DNA from: Isosphaeraceae bacterium | GTDB taxonomy: Bacteria > Planctomycetota > Planctomycetia > Isosphaerales > Isosphaeraceae | NCBI GenBank assembly: GCA_965201075.1 | Contig: CBDAVP010000001.1 | Span: 1-64,000 of the forward strand | Length of the DNA: 64,000 nucleotides | Direction: 5' to 3' | In this document: positions 18,602 through 27,947 of the stretch, piece by piece | Numbering within the stretch: position 1 is the first letter of the stretch | Layout of the letters: every line of letters starts with the position of its first letter | Translations under genes and position numbers: made by a program | Notes under the pieces: generated by a model | What the model saw: the letters and a program-made list of their open reading frames with translations, nothing else | Told to the model about the DNA's origin: nothing | The model's database searches: none

Positions 18602-20506
18602 ATGATTTGGTCCCTGCTCGGCTGGATCACCCTGGCGACGACGGCGGCGACCGCCCCGCCCCCCGGGCCCGCGCAGGCGCCTCCGTCGTGGTCGCCGGAC
18701 GGTCGATGGGTCGCCTACCTTTCCACCGGTGGGGACGGTGGCGGACTTCCCGCGCCCGGCTGGATCTTCGGCTGGAACGAATCCGCCGCCCCGGCCGAGG
18801 GGGAATCGACCACCTACCGGCTTTGGACCACTCGTCCCGAAACCGGCGTCTCGGTGTTGCTCGACGAAGGGGCCGGACCCCGCACGGCCCCCGGCTGGAG
18901 CCCCGACGGCCTGGCTCTGGCGTTTGGACGGGTTGTCAACAACGCCGACGGGTCTTCCACCTATGAGGTTGTTGTCCAGCAGGCTCCGGACCAGCAACGG
19001 GTCATCCTCCGAACCCCGTTACCGGTCACGGGCTCATCGGTGGACGGCCTGGTGTCGCAGGGGGTGGTTTGGAGCCCTGACGGCCGGTTGCTGGCGGCGC
19101 CCCGGGTCGATCCCCCGGGGCTGTTGATCCTCAAGGCCGAGGATGGGGCCGAGGTCCGGGCCCTGGACCACGCCTCTCGCCCGTCCTGGTCCTCGCGGAG
19201 CGGCCGGTTGGCCTTCGTGCGGATGGGTCCCGAGCCTGGGGTCTTCGCGTTTCGTCCCGGACGGGACGAGCCTCGGCGGATGGCCCGAGAGGTTCCCCCC
19301 TCGGGGCCGCTAGTGTGGTCGGCCGATGGTCAGTCGCTTTGGACCCTGGGCCGCTCCCCTGATGGGACGTTCTCGCTGGTGAGGCTTGGGCCCGAGGGAC
19401 GCAAGCCGGAATTCGTCCGCTCGTTGGCCGACCCCGGCGCCCCCGGAGGGCCCCCCCGGTCGGCGTCGTTCGCCATCGACCGCTCGGGTCAGGACCTGTA
19501 CTCCAGCAACGAGGCCGAGCATCAGGATACGGTGATTGCCCACCATCGCCTGCGAGAGCCGGTGGTGATGAAGCGCTGGAACCCGATCGACTCGACGGTT
19601 CCGGTGGGAGCGCTGGCGGTTTCTCCCGATGGACGGACCCTGGCGTTGCGGGCCGGGGCCTCGGGGACGGGGACGGTTCCGGGCCTTTGCCGGCTGGAGG
19701 ACCAGAAGCTGACCCCGCTGGTCCCCGATGATGCCACTCGGGCTCGGTGGCTGACGCTGTTGATCGCCGACACTCGCGAACTGCTGAAGGCCGACGCCAC
19801 GCCCATGCAAGTGCCCGCGACCTTCAACGAGCGGCCCGGCCCTCAGCCGGTGGCCCTCGTGGCCGAGCGGCCGACGCTACTGCCGGTCTCCACCGAGCCT
19901 CACCGCCTGGGTGACGGGGAGCCCCGCCTGCGTCACCTCGCCGACCTCGGCCGCGCCCTGTGCGACCGGCCCTCCGACGCCCCCGCGCCGTCGCCGAGGA
20001 TCGTCGCCCTGCTGACCGAGGCCCGGCTGTTCTTCGCCGGGCTGCGGGACGACCCTACCGAAACCCTGGCGGCGCTGGACGCGTTTGAATCTCGGCCGAC
20101 CAGCCCCGACGGACGTCTCCGCCTCCTGGCGTTGCGGGCGCAACTGGGCCTGGCGCGGGGGGACCTCGAATCAGCCCGGGCCGCGGTGGGCTACCTCCGC
20201 AAGGTTCACCCCGGTTCCCCGGGCCGCCTGGAACAGACTCCGGCCGGTCCGGTGCTGACGGCCGACCCCGACCCCTTTACCGGCTGGGTCGACTACCTGT
20301 CGTTCCTGATCCGCGGGCTCCCCGGAAGTTCCCCCGCCCCGGCCACGCCTCCCGACGCCGAACAACCACTACCCCGGCCCCAGGCGCCCCGGGCGGGGGT
20401 CCGGGAGGTTGTGAGACGCCGCGCCCCGATTCGTCCGGCCCAACCTCGACGGCTGGAACCCGAGCCCGCGCAGGTGCCTCCGGTACCGTTCGTGGTCCCC
20501 GAGTAG
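18602..20506 (+). CDS. Secreted TolB-like/WD40 (PD40) beta-propeller protein with helical C-terminus
   Basis: Signal peptide and repeated WSPDG motifs. Confidence 0.8.
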   Translation: MIWSLLGWITLATTAATAPPPGPAQAPPSWSPDGRWVAYLSTGGDGGGLPAPGWIFGWNESAAPAEGESTTYRLWTTRPETGVSVLLDEGAGPRTAPGWSPDGLALAFGRVVNNADGSSTYEVVVQQAPDQQRVILRTPLPVTGSSVDGLVSQGVVWSPDGRLLAAPRVDPPGLLILKAEDGAEVRALDHASRPSWSSRSGRLAFVRMGPEPGVFAFRPGRDEPRRMAREVPPSGPLVWSADGQSLWTLGRSPDGTFSLVRLGPEGRKPEFVRSLADPGAPGGPPRSASFAIDRSGQDLYSSNEAEHQDTVIAHHRLREPVVMKRWNPIDSTVPVGALAVSPDGRTLALRAGASGTGTVPGLCRLEDQKLTPLVPDDATRARWLTLLIADTRELLKADATPMQVPATFNERPGPQPVALVAERPTLLPVSTEPHRLGDGEPRLRHLADLGRALCDRPSDAPAPSPRIVALLTEARLFFAGLRDDPTETLAALDAFESRPTSPDGRLRLLALRAQLGLARGDLESARAAVGYLRKVHPGSPGRLEQTPAGPVLTADPDPFTGWVDYLSFLIRGLPGSSPAPATPPDAEQPLPRPQAPRAGVREVVRRRAPIRPAQPRRLEPEPAQVPPVPFVVPE

Positions 20507-20530
20507 ATTCGGCTCAACGACGCCCGACCC

Positions 20531-20559
20531 TTGCGACCGCGCCGAGCGGGGTCTATGAT
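20531..20559 (+). promoter_or_regulatory. Sigma70 promoter of the fae operon
   Basis: TTGCGA-N17-TATGAT. Confidence 0.6.
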
Positions 20560-20661
20560 GCGGACCCAAATCCCCGGACGGGCGAGCAGGCCGATGGACC
20601 TGCGCCTTTTCGGGGTCCGCGTCTATCGAACTTCCTGGTTCCGTTGGAAGAGGCACGCAAC

Positions 20662-21165
20662 ATGGCCAGCGACCGCACCTTGATGGTTGGGGAAGCCCTT
20701 GTGGGCGAAGGCAACGAGATCGCTCACATTGACCTGCTGATCGGCTCAAAGACCGGGCCCGTCGGCACCGCGTTCGCCAACGCCCTGGCCAATCAGTCTC
20801 ACGGGCACTCCAACCTGCTGGCCGTCCTGACGCCGAACCTGGCCGTCAAGCCCGCCACGGTGCTCATCACCAAGGTCACGATCAAGGGGTTGGGGCAGGC
20901 CGTGCAGATGTTCGGCCCGGCTCAGCACGCCGTGGCCAAGGCCGTGGCCGACAGCGTCGCCGACGGCACGATCCCCCAGGCCGAGGCCGAGGATCTGGTC
21001 ATCGTCTGCGGAGTGTTCATTCACCCCGAGGCGAAGGACAACGACAAGATCAACAAGTTCAACTACGAAGCCACCAAGCTCTCGATTCAGCGAGCTTTCC
21101 AAGGCGAGCCCTCGGTTTCCGAGGTGATCTCGAAGAAGGATACCGCCAAGCACCCCTTCGCCTGA
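20662..21165 (+). CDS. fae: Formaldehyde-activating enzyme
   Basis: GEALVGEGNEIAHIDLLIG, QMFGPAQ, GVFIHPEA, C-terminal HPF. Confidence 0.95.
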   Translation: MASDRTLMVGEALVGEGNEIAHIDLLIGSKTGPVGTAFANALANQSHGHSNLLAVLTPNLAVKPATVLITKVTIKGLGQAVQMFGPAQHAVAKAVADSVADGTIPQAEAEDLVIVCGVFIHPEAKDNDKINKFNYEATKLSIQRAFQGEPSVSEVISKKDTAKHPFA

Positions 21166-21249
21166 GACCGTCGCCGCTGAAATTTGGGGGCGGGCCGCGT
21201 CGAGCGACTTGACTCGGCCCGCCGTCTCGACACTCGGACGAAACGCCCC

Positions 21250-22107
21250 TTGAAACCGACCATCCTCCTGCAACTGGACACCGATCCGCAGCCCAGCGTT
21301 TTCGACGCCGTGGTGGCGGTGGATTCGGGCGTGGATCATTTGTTCCGGCACGGGGGCGTCAGTCCCGAGGCGGTCCGCGACCTGGTTCATGGTGCCCTGT
21401 TCACGAGGGGCGGCGACGACCTGCGACGCACGGCGATCTTCGTCGGCGGGTCGGACGTGGCGAAGGCCGAGGCCCTGCTCGAAGCGATTCAAGGCACGTT
21501 TTTCGGCGATTTTCGGGTTTCGGTCCTGCTCGATCCGAATGGGGCCAACACCACCGCCGCGGCCGCCGTCCTCGCGGCCATCGAAGGTTGCGGCGGGACC
21601 GTGAAGGGGAAACGCGCGGCGGTGCTGGGGGCGACGGGTCCGGTCGGCCGGCGGGTGGCTCGGTTGCTGGCGAGGGAAGGGGCCGAGGTGGCCGTTGGGT
21701 CCCGGCAGCTTGGGCGGTCGGAGGCGGTGGCCCGCGAACTGGCCGACGCCACGGGGGGGAGCTTTACCCCGTTCGCCAATGATGGCCTCGCCGAGGGGAT
21801 GAAGGGGGTCTCGCTGGTCGTCGCCGCCGGCGCCGCGGGGACGGTCCTCCTGCCCGAGTCGGTGCGCAAGGGGTTGTCGGATCTGAAGGTTCTGATCGAC
21901 CTGAACGCCGTGCCTCCGCTGGGGATTGAGGGGGTCAAGGCGACCGACCGCGACAAGGATCGCGACGGGGCGCGGGCCTGGGGGGCTCTGGGCGTCGGCG
22001 GTTCCAAGATGAAGATCCACAAAGCGGCCGTCGCCAAACTGTTCACTGCCGGGGACCTTGTGCTGGACGCCGAGGCGGTGCTGGCCCTGGGTCGGGAGTT
22101 GGGCTGA
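21250..22107 (+). CDS. mtdC: NAD(P)-dependent methylene-H4MPT dehydrogenase (MtdA/MtdC type)
   Basis: LQLDTDPQPSVFD, FTRGG, DPNGANTTAAAAV, GATGPVG, DLNAVPPLGIEG. TTG start. Confidence 0.85.
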   Translation: MKPTILLQLDTDPQPSVFDAVVAVDSGVDHLFRHGGVSPEAVRDLVHGALFTRGGDDLRRTAIFVGGSDVAKAEALLEAIQGTFFGDFRVSVLLDPNGANTTAAAAVLAAIEGCGGTVKGKRAAVLGATGPVGRRVARLLAREGAEVAVGSRQLGRSEAVARELADATGGSFTPFANDGLAEGMKGVSLVVAAGAAGTVLLPESVRKGLSDLKVLIDLNAVPPLGIEGVKATDRDKDRDGARAWGALGVGGSKMKIHKAAVAKLFTAGDLVLDAEAVLALGRELG

Positions 22108-22136
22108 ATTCGTCCTTGAACCGGCGGGACGTTTCC

Positions 22137-23141
22137 ATGCCCCGCGTGGTCGGCACCGATCCGGGAACCGGCAGCCTGGACCTGCTCTTGCTGGTCGATG
22201 GCCGGGTCACCGACCAGGCCCGGCTTCCGGCCGACTCCGACCCTTCCACGTACCTGAAAATTTTGCGGGGATGGGAACCGCTGGACCTCGTCGCCGGCCC
22301 TTCGGGTTATGGGTTGCCGCTGGTGCCGGCATCGGCGGTGGGCGAGGCCGAGATTGACCTGATGAGCCTGGTCCGGCCCGACGAGGGTGGGACCGAGCAG
22401 GGCATCGGCGGATTTCGGGCGAGGTTGAGGGCGCTGGCGGGCTCGGGGTTGCCGACGGTGTTCCTGCCAGGTGGGGTCCACTTGCCGACGATCCCCGATC
22501 ACCGCAAGGTCGGCGTGATCGACCTGGGCACCGCCGACAAGGTGGCCGTCGTGGCGCTGGCCCTGCACTTCCATGCCGAGGCGCCCGGCTTGCCCCTGGC
22601 CGAATCGACGTTTGCCGTGGTCGAGGTCGGTTCGGCGTTCACGGCCATTCTGGTGGTGGAGCGAGGCCGGATCGTCGACGCCTCGGCGGGGACTCGCGGC
22701 CCTTTGGGGTTGCGGGGCGGCGGGGCCTGGGATGGCGAGGCCGCTTACTGGTTGGGACCGCTGTCGAAGTCGGACCTGTTTCGCGGTGGCGTGGCGGATC
22801 TGGAGCCGACGCTTGGATTATTGGCCTTTGGCGAATCGCTCCGCAAGCACGCCGCGGCGCTGCGGGCCGTCACCCCATTCGATCATCTGTATCTCTCGGG
22901 GGCTGGGCTGGATCGGCCGGAGATTGCCGCCGTGGTGGCTTCGTCGCTGGCGGGGTTGGGTGAACTCAGGTCGCTGCCGTCACTGCCCGGAGCGTGGGTC
23001 AAACATGCGGCGCAGGGTTCGGCTTTGCTGGCTGACGGGCTGGCCGGCGGCATTCACAAAGGGCTCGTCGAGGCATTGGCGTTGCGGGAGGCCCGCGGCA
23101 CGGCGTTGGATCACCTGCCTCGGGCACGCCCTCGTCCTTGA
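22137..23141 (+). CDS. DUF1464-family ASKHA-fold protein (butyrate-kinase-like)
   Basis: VVGTDPGT, AGPSGYGLP, IDLGTADK, KHAAQGSALLADGLAGG. Confidence 0.8.
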   Translation: MPRVVGTDPGTGSLDLLLLVDGRVTDQARLPADSDPSTYLKILRGWEPLDLVAGPSGYGLPLVPASAVGEAEIDLMSLVRPDEGGTEQGIGGFRARLRALAGSGLPTVFLPGGVHLPTIPDHRKVGVIDLGTADKVAVVALALHFHAEAPGLPLAESTFAVVEVGSAFTAILVVERGRIVDASAGTRGPLGLRGGGAWDGEAAYWLGPLSKSDLFRGGVADLEPTLGLLAFGESLRKHAAALRAVTPFDHLYLSGAGLDRPEIAAVVASSLAGLGELRSLPSLPGAWVKHAAQGSALLADGLAGGIHKGLVEALALREARGTALDHLPRARPRP

Positions 23142-23250
23142 AGATCCGGGTGTCCATCCGATCCCGACCCCGGCGGTGCGGGTGTCCCGCCTCTCGATGT
23201 GCGACAGCCATGGTCTCCGCTGGTAAAATTCAGGAGAGTGCCGATCTTTC

Positions 23251-24078
23251 GTGACCAAGGCCCGCTTAGGGAAGGGGATGGGGAACGGATCCATGTTCAC
23301 CCGACTCGATGACAAGCGGACCTCTGCCGAGGAGATCCCGGAAGCGGGGTGGGAGGCGAGACCTCGAGTTTCGGTGCTCCGCGGCCTTCTGCTCTTCGGG
23401 GGCGCGTTGATCGTATTGGGCCTGCTCTTGCCGGCAGTCAGCCGTTGTGGTGGTCCCGGGTCCGCCATGCGCCGCACGGCCTGCCTCAACAACCTCAAAC
23501 AGATTAGCCTCGGGTTGCAGGCTTACGTCGAGATTTATGGTGCCTTTCCACCCGCATGCACGTCCGACGCCGAGGGTCGCCCGATGCACAGCTGGCGCAC
23601 GCTCCTATTGCCGTATCTTGGCGAGGAGGCGCTTTACCGGACGATCGACCTGTCCAAACCCTGGGACGACCCGGTCCACGCCAAGGCTCGGGAGACGGAA
23701 GTGGGCATTTATCGCTGTCCGGAAGGATTGCCGATCGCCTCCACCACCACCACGGCGTACCAGGCCGTCGTCTCGTCGGGAGGTGCGTTTCCTCCGCGGC
23801 GTTCCCGGCGACCTTCCGAGATCGTGGATTCCCTCGAGTCGACCTTGATGGTGATCGAAGTCCCACGGGATCGGGTCGTCCACTGGATGTCGCCCCTCGA
23901 CGCGGATGACGCCCTGATGATGAGGATTGACCCCTGGTCGGAGTTGGGACACATCTGGGGCTTCGGCGCAGCCTACGCCGATGGCCGTGTTCGGTTCCTG
24001 AGTGCCCGTACGTCGGCCGAGACGCGCTGGGCGATGATCTCGGTGGCTGGGAATGATGACGATGCGGTGGGGGACTGA
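23251..24078 (+). CDS. DUF1559-domain protein (no canonical prepilin N-terminus)
   Basis: LLLPAV...CLNNLKQISLGL, HSWRTLLLPYL, AAYADGRVRFL. Confidence 0.85.
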   Translation: MTKARLGKGMGNGSMFTRLDDKRTSAEEIPEAGWEARPRVSVLRGLLLFGGALIVLGLLLPAVSRCGGPGSAMRRTACLNNLKQISLGLQAYVEIYGAFPPACTSDAEGRPMHSWRTLLLPYLGEEALYRTIDLSKPWDDPVHAKARETEVGIYRCPEGLPIASTTTTAYQAVVSSGGAFPPRRSRRPSEIVDSLESTLMVIEVPRDRVVHWMSPLDADDALMMRIDPWSELGHIWGFGAAYADGRVRFLSARTSAETRWAMISVAGNDDDAVGD

Positions 24079-24119
24079 AAGACGCATCGGGGTTCGAAAA
24101 ATCTTTCGAGGACCTGGCC

Positions 24120-25457
24120 TTGGTGCGTCGAGCTTTGAAAGTGCGACACGGTTCGAGGGTGATCGGCCTCATCCTGTTCGCGGGGGCTTCGTCGCTGGGG
24201 CATGAAATTCCCAATGCTCGGGTCGATCGGTCGATCCAGTTGACGTTGGTTCCTGGCCAGATCGCGTTGGATTATGAGGTCAGTCTGGGCGAGTTAACCT
24301 TGACCCAGGACCTTCGAGCCTTGCTAGATGGACCGCTTCCCGAGGGGGATCGGGAGGCGTGGTTTGATCGGTATGGGGAAGTCGTCGGGCCGTTGATCGC
24401 TCGGGGGGTCATCGTCTCGGTCAATGGTCGTGAGATTTCGGTGGGGTTCGAGCGGGCGGATTGGCGGTTGGAGGGGCATCCGGTCTTCGTATTTCGGCTG
24501 AGGGCGGCGATTCCTCCTTCGGGTCGGCTCTTGTTGAGAGATGGGAACTTCGTCGATGCCGAGGGGACGAGTCGGCTGGCGATCCGGGGTCGAGAGGGCG
24601 TCGTCGTGCGGGGCGATGACGGGCCCGGGGATGTGGCGGAGGTTCCGGTTCGGCCAGTCTGGGAGTTGACCGACGCGGAGGAACGGCGGACCCGTCAGCT
24701 GGAGGTGACGTATCTGAGGGGCGGGCCGGCGGTGGTCGTCGCGGCTCCGTTGGCGAGACGCCCGGTCGCGGCCTCTTCGGGGCGGGGTGAGGGGTTGGTG
24801 AGGTTGCTGGGTAGCTCGGCGGGGGGTTCGTTCTGGGGTTTGGCGGTTCTGGCGTTTGGGTTGGGGGCGGCCCATGCGGTCCAGCCGGGGCATGGGAAGA
24901 CGTTGGTCCTTGCGGCGACGGTGGGTCAGGGGGGCGGTGTTGGGCGGGGGGCGGCCCTGGCGGGCGTTTTGACCGTGGTGCACCTGGGCGGGGTTTTGTT
25001 GATCGCCGCGTTGCTCGCGGCGACCCGGACGGTTCGTTATGAGTCGCTGGATCGGGTTTTGGCCCATGCGGCGGGGTTCGCGATTGCGGCGGTGGGTTGC
25101 TGGCGGGTGGGTCGGCACCTCGCGGGTTGGGGGGAGCATGAGGGGCCGGAACCTCGGTTGAGGGATGGCCGGGGGATTTGGGGCCTGGGCGTGGCTGGGG
25201 GGCTGGTCCCTTGCTGGGATGCCGTGTTGTTGATCGTTCTGGCCGAGGCCCTGGGGAGGCTGGCGCTGGGGGTGGCATTGCTGGGGGCGTTTGGCTTGGG
25301 AATGGCGGCGGTGCTGGTGGCGGTGGGAACCCTGGCGGGTCGGGTGCGCGGTTGGGCGAAGCGTTGGGGCGGGCGGGCGGATTGGCCGAGGCGGCTGGGG
25401 TTGGCTGGCGGAGTGGTTTTGGCTGTGATTGGCGTGGGGATGATGGCCCGTTCGTGA
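24120..25457 (+). CDS. RcnA/NicO-like nickel/cobalt transporter with N-terminal periplasmic domain
   Basis: AHAVQPGHGKT and GGLVPCWDA motifs; multiple TM helices. Confidence 0.82.
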   Translation: MVRRALKVRHGSRVIGLILFAGASSLGHEIPNARVDRSIQLTLVPGQIALDYEVSLGELTLTQDLRALLDGPLPEGDREAWFDRYGEVVGPLIARGVIVSVNGREISVGFERADWRLEGHPVFVFRLRAAIPPSGRLLLRDGNFVDAEGTSRLAIRGREGVVVRGDDGPGDVAEVPVRPVWELTDAEERRTRQLEVTYLRGGPAVVVAAPLARRPVAASSGRGEGLVRLLGSSAGGSFWGLAVLAFGLGAAHAVQPGHGKTLVLAATVGQGGGVGRGAALAGVLTVVHLGGVLLIAALLAATRTVRYESLDRVLAHAAGFAIAAVGCWRVGRHLAGWGEHEGPEPRLRDGRGIWGLGVAGGLVPCWDAVLLIVLAEALGRLALGVALLGAFGLGMAAVLVAVGTLAGRVRGWAKRWGGRADWPRRLGLAGGVVLAVIGVGMMARS

Positions 25458-25773
25458 TGGGCATCCCATTGGCTCGACCGAAAAGCGACCGCTTCCCCCT
25501 GGCTGGGCCACCGGAGCCGCTGAATCGGTGGTCCGGTTTCCGGGGTCCACTCTCCCATTGCGCCGGGGATCGGCGTTCTTCGTCGCCGTGCAAGCGATCG
25601 GGCTGGCCAGGGGCGTGAATTTGCCAGTCGAGAGGGTCGTTGCCGTGTTGACCCGTCCGTGAGGGAAGGGCACGTCGCTACCCACAACGTGCGGCGACGC
25701 CACTGATCCGAACGAATCACGTCACGGAAAAGTGCAGCCTGAGGTTTTCCGGATGGCCGATGAGCGGACCCTT

Positions 25774-26510
25774 TTACAGGGCTTTCCGCGTGTCGAACAA
25801 TTTCACGGCCCGCTCGGCGGTCCTCCGCGCACTCTGCGGATTTGTTCCTGTGACAACCCGGCCGGAGGTGATGGTGTAGTCGTCGAACGCGTTCATCGAC
25901 GAGTTGTAGTAGGCCCCGACCGCGGTGACCGCCTCGACAACGGGAACCACGTTGTCCGCCCTCAATTTCTCAAGGACTTTGAAGATGAGTTCGCTTTCGA
26001 TCGTGAAACCGGTGACGGTCTTGCCTTCGAGGATCGACTTTCCGGTCTTTGCGTCGATGATCCCCGGCATGATCGCGGGCCCGTGACAGACCGCGGCGAT
26101 GACGCCTCCTCGATCCCAGATCTCCGCGGCAATGGCTTGTGGCCCTTTCGCGGTCGGATAGTCATAGAGCGCGGAATGCCCGGCCGAAGCGAAGAACAAT
26201 CCATACTCTTCCTTCTTCAAGTCCGAGGCCATCTTGAGTTGCGAGTTGAGCTTGACATTGAAGGGATGCTTGGGGTTGTTGAGGATCGCCTCTCGCTGCC
26301 GGAGAGAAAGGGATCCGTCAGCGACACGTCGTCCAAACCAAAGCTACCGGTCTCGGAGGCAAAATCCACTTCAAATCCCGCTGCGGTCAGGACCTCGAAG
26401 GGATGGAGAGCCTCGGTAAAAACCAGACCTGTCTTGTGGCCGTCGGGATAGATGGCGCCGTTGAAGCTGGAGATCGAGATGAGCGCCTTCCGGGGAAGAT
26501 CCTTGGATAT
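25774..26510 (-). pseudogene. DJ-1/PfpI Hsp31-type glyoxalase III, inactivated
   Basis: [44 protein letters not shown] followed by ATA instead of ATG (26510), and a 1-nt deletion near 26293. Confidence 0.85.
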
Positions 26511-26860
26511 CCGTGACTCCTTGACTTTGTGATGATCTGGCGTGACCCCGACGCGATCGCCCTTCGACGAGGGCCTGACAGAGCTGGCGGCCGATCCAGG
26601 CGTGGTGCTCGGCCAGCGAACGCCGCGGTTCCTTGGCCACTCGGTCGCGACGGGCGGAGCCGTGGAGGTAGATGCGTCCTGAGGCGAAATTCGAGGGAAG
26701 ACCGGTTTGGCTGTTTCGTCTCGGGAGGGCAGGCGGAGGATGGCGATGGAGACCATTTTCCGTGGGTCCCAGCCCAGAATCGCTGTATCTCGGCAGCATC
26801 GCCCATTGCGGGAGTGGCCGGCCAAACCCTCGGCTCATCCGCCTACCGAGCCCGCACCGA

Positions 26861-27835
26861 TCATGCCGGCATGAGGCTGGCGAATTTCTCCGGCTCCTGC
26901 CCGAGCCACTGCTTGTTGGCGGCGGTGGTGTCGAAGATCGATGTCGTCTTGAACAGTTCGAACTGTCCCCGCGACCCCGCGGCGGATGTTTTCGCCAGTA
27001 ACGCCTGGAGCTCGGCCTCTCCGAGCGGCTGGAAGCTCTTCGCCGCCTCGAACGCTTGATCGAGAATCTCCATGCTATCGACGCCGGTGATGACCACCGA
27101 GGTTGGCAGGTTGAGCGCGTAGTGGAGGCACTCAATCGCCGTCACCACGCCCGACTTGAGGATGATCCCGTTGCCCATTGTTTTCATGGCGAGCACGCCG
27201 ACGCCCCGGCGGACGAGCTCCGGGACGACCCTTCGCGCGAAGCTGCGGTAGTGGGCATCCATGACGTTCAGCGGCATCTGGGCCGTGTCGAACTTGAAGC
27301 CATGCTGTTCCGCCACTTCCAGCATGTGAAGATGAATCTCCGGATCCTTGTGGCCCGTGAAGCCGATGTAGCGCAGCTTGCCGGCCCTCTGAGCCTCCAG
27401 CATCGCCACCTGGGCCCCCTCCTCCTCGAAGATCCGGTGCGGGTCATCGAAGCGGATGACCTCGTGGTGCTGGATCAGGTCGATTCGGTCGGTCTTGAGC
27501 CGCTTGAGCGACTCATCAATCTGCCGGGCGGCCTCCTTTTTCGATCGCCCGTCGATCTTGGTCATCAGGAACACCTTGTCCCGGTGGCCGTCCTCGAGGG
27601 CCTTGCCCACTCGCTGCTCGCTCTCACCGCCGTTGTAGTCCCAGGAGTTGTCGAGGAAGTTGATGCCGCGGTCGATCGCGGCGTGGACGATGTTGATGGC
27701 CGTCTTCTTGTCGACGTGCTTCAGGCCGAGGTGCCAGCCGCCCAGACCGATAGCCGAGACCCGCTCGCCCGTACTGCCGAGGTCGCGGTAGATCATGTCT
27801 GTCCCACTCATCGCCATCGCCTCCCGGGGTTTCAT
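26861..27835 (-). CDS. Aldo/keto reductase
   Basis: IGLGGWH, DNSWDY, MTKIDGR, GFTGHKDP. Start may be 27811. Confidence 0.92.
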   Translation of the reverse strand: MKPREAMAMSGTDMIYRDLGSTGERVSAIGLGGWHLGLKHVDKKTAINIVHAAIDRGINFLDNSWDYNGGESEQRVGKALEDGHRDKVFLMTKIDGRSKKEAARQIDESLKRLKTDRIDLIQHHEVIRFDDPHRIFEEEGAQVAMLEAQRAGKLRYIGFTGHKDPEIHLHMLEVAEQHGFKFDTAQMPLNVMDAHYRSFARRVVPELVRRGVGVLAMKTMGNGIILKSGVVTAIECLHYALNLPTSVVITGVDSMEILDQAFEAAKSFQPLGEAELQALLAKTSAAGSRGQFELFKTTSIFDTTAANKQWLGQEPEKFASLMPA

Positions 27836-27947
27836 CGTCGCGCGTCGGACGCCATGGACCTCCGCGCGAGGTCAGAACAGCTCAATTCCAGGGGATTTCC
27901 GCGCTCTCGCACCCTATCCTGGTCTTCAACTTGTCCGTGGTGAACGA

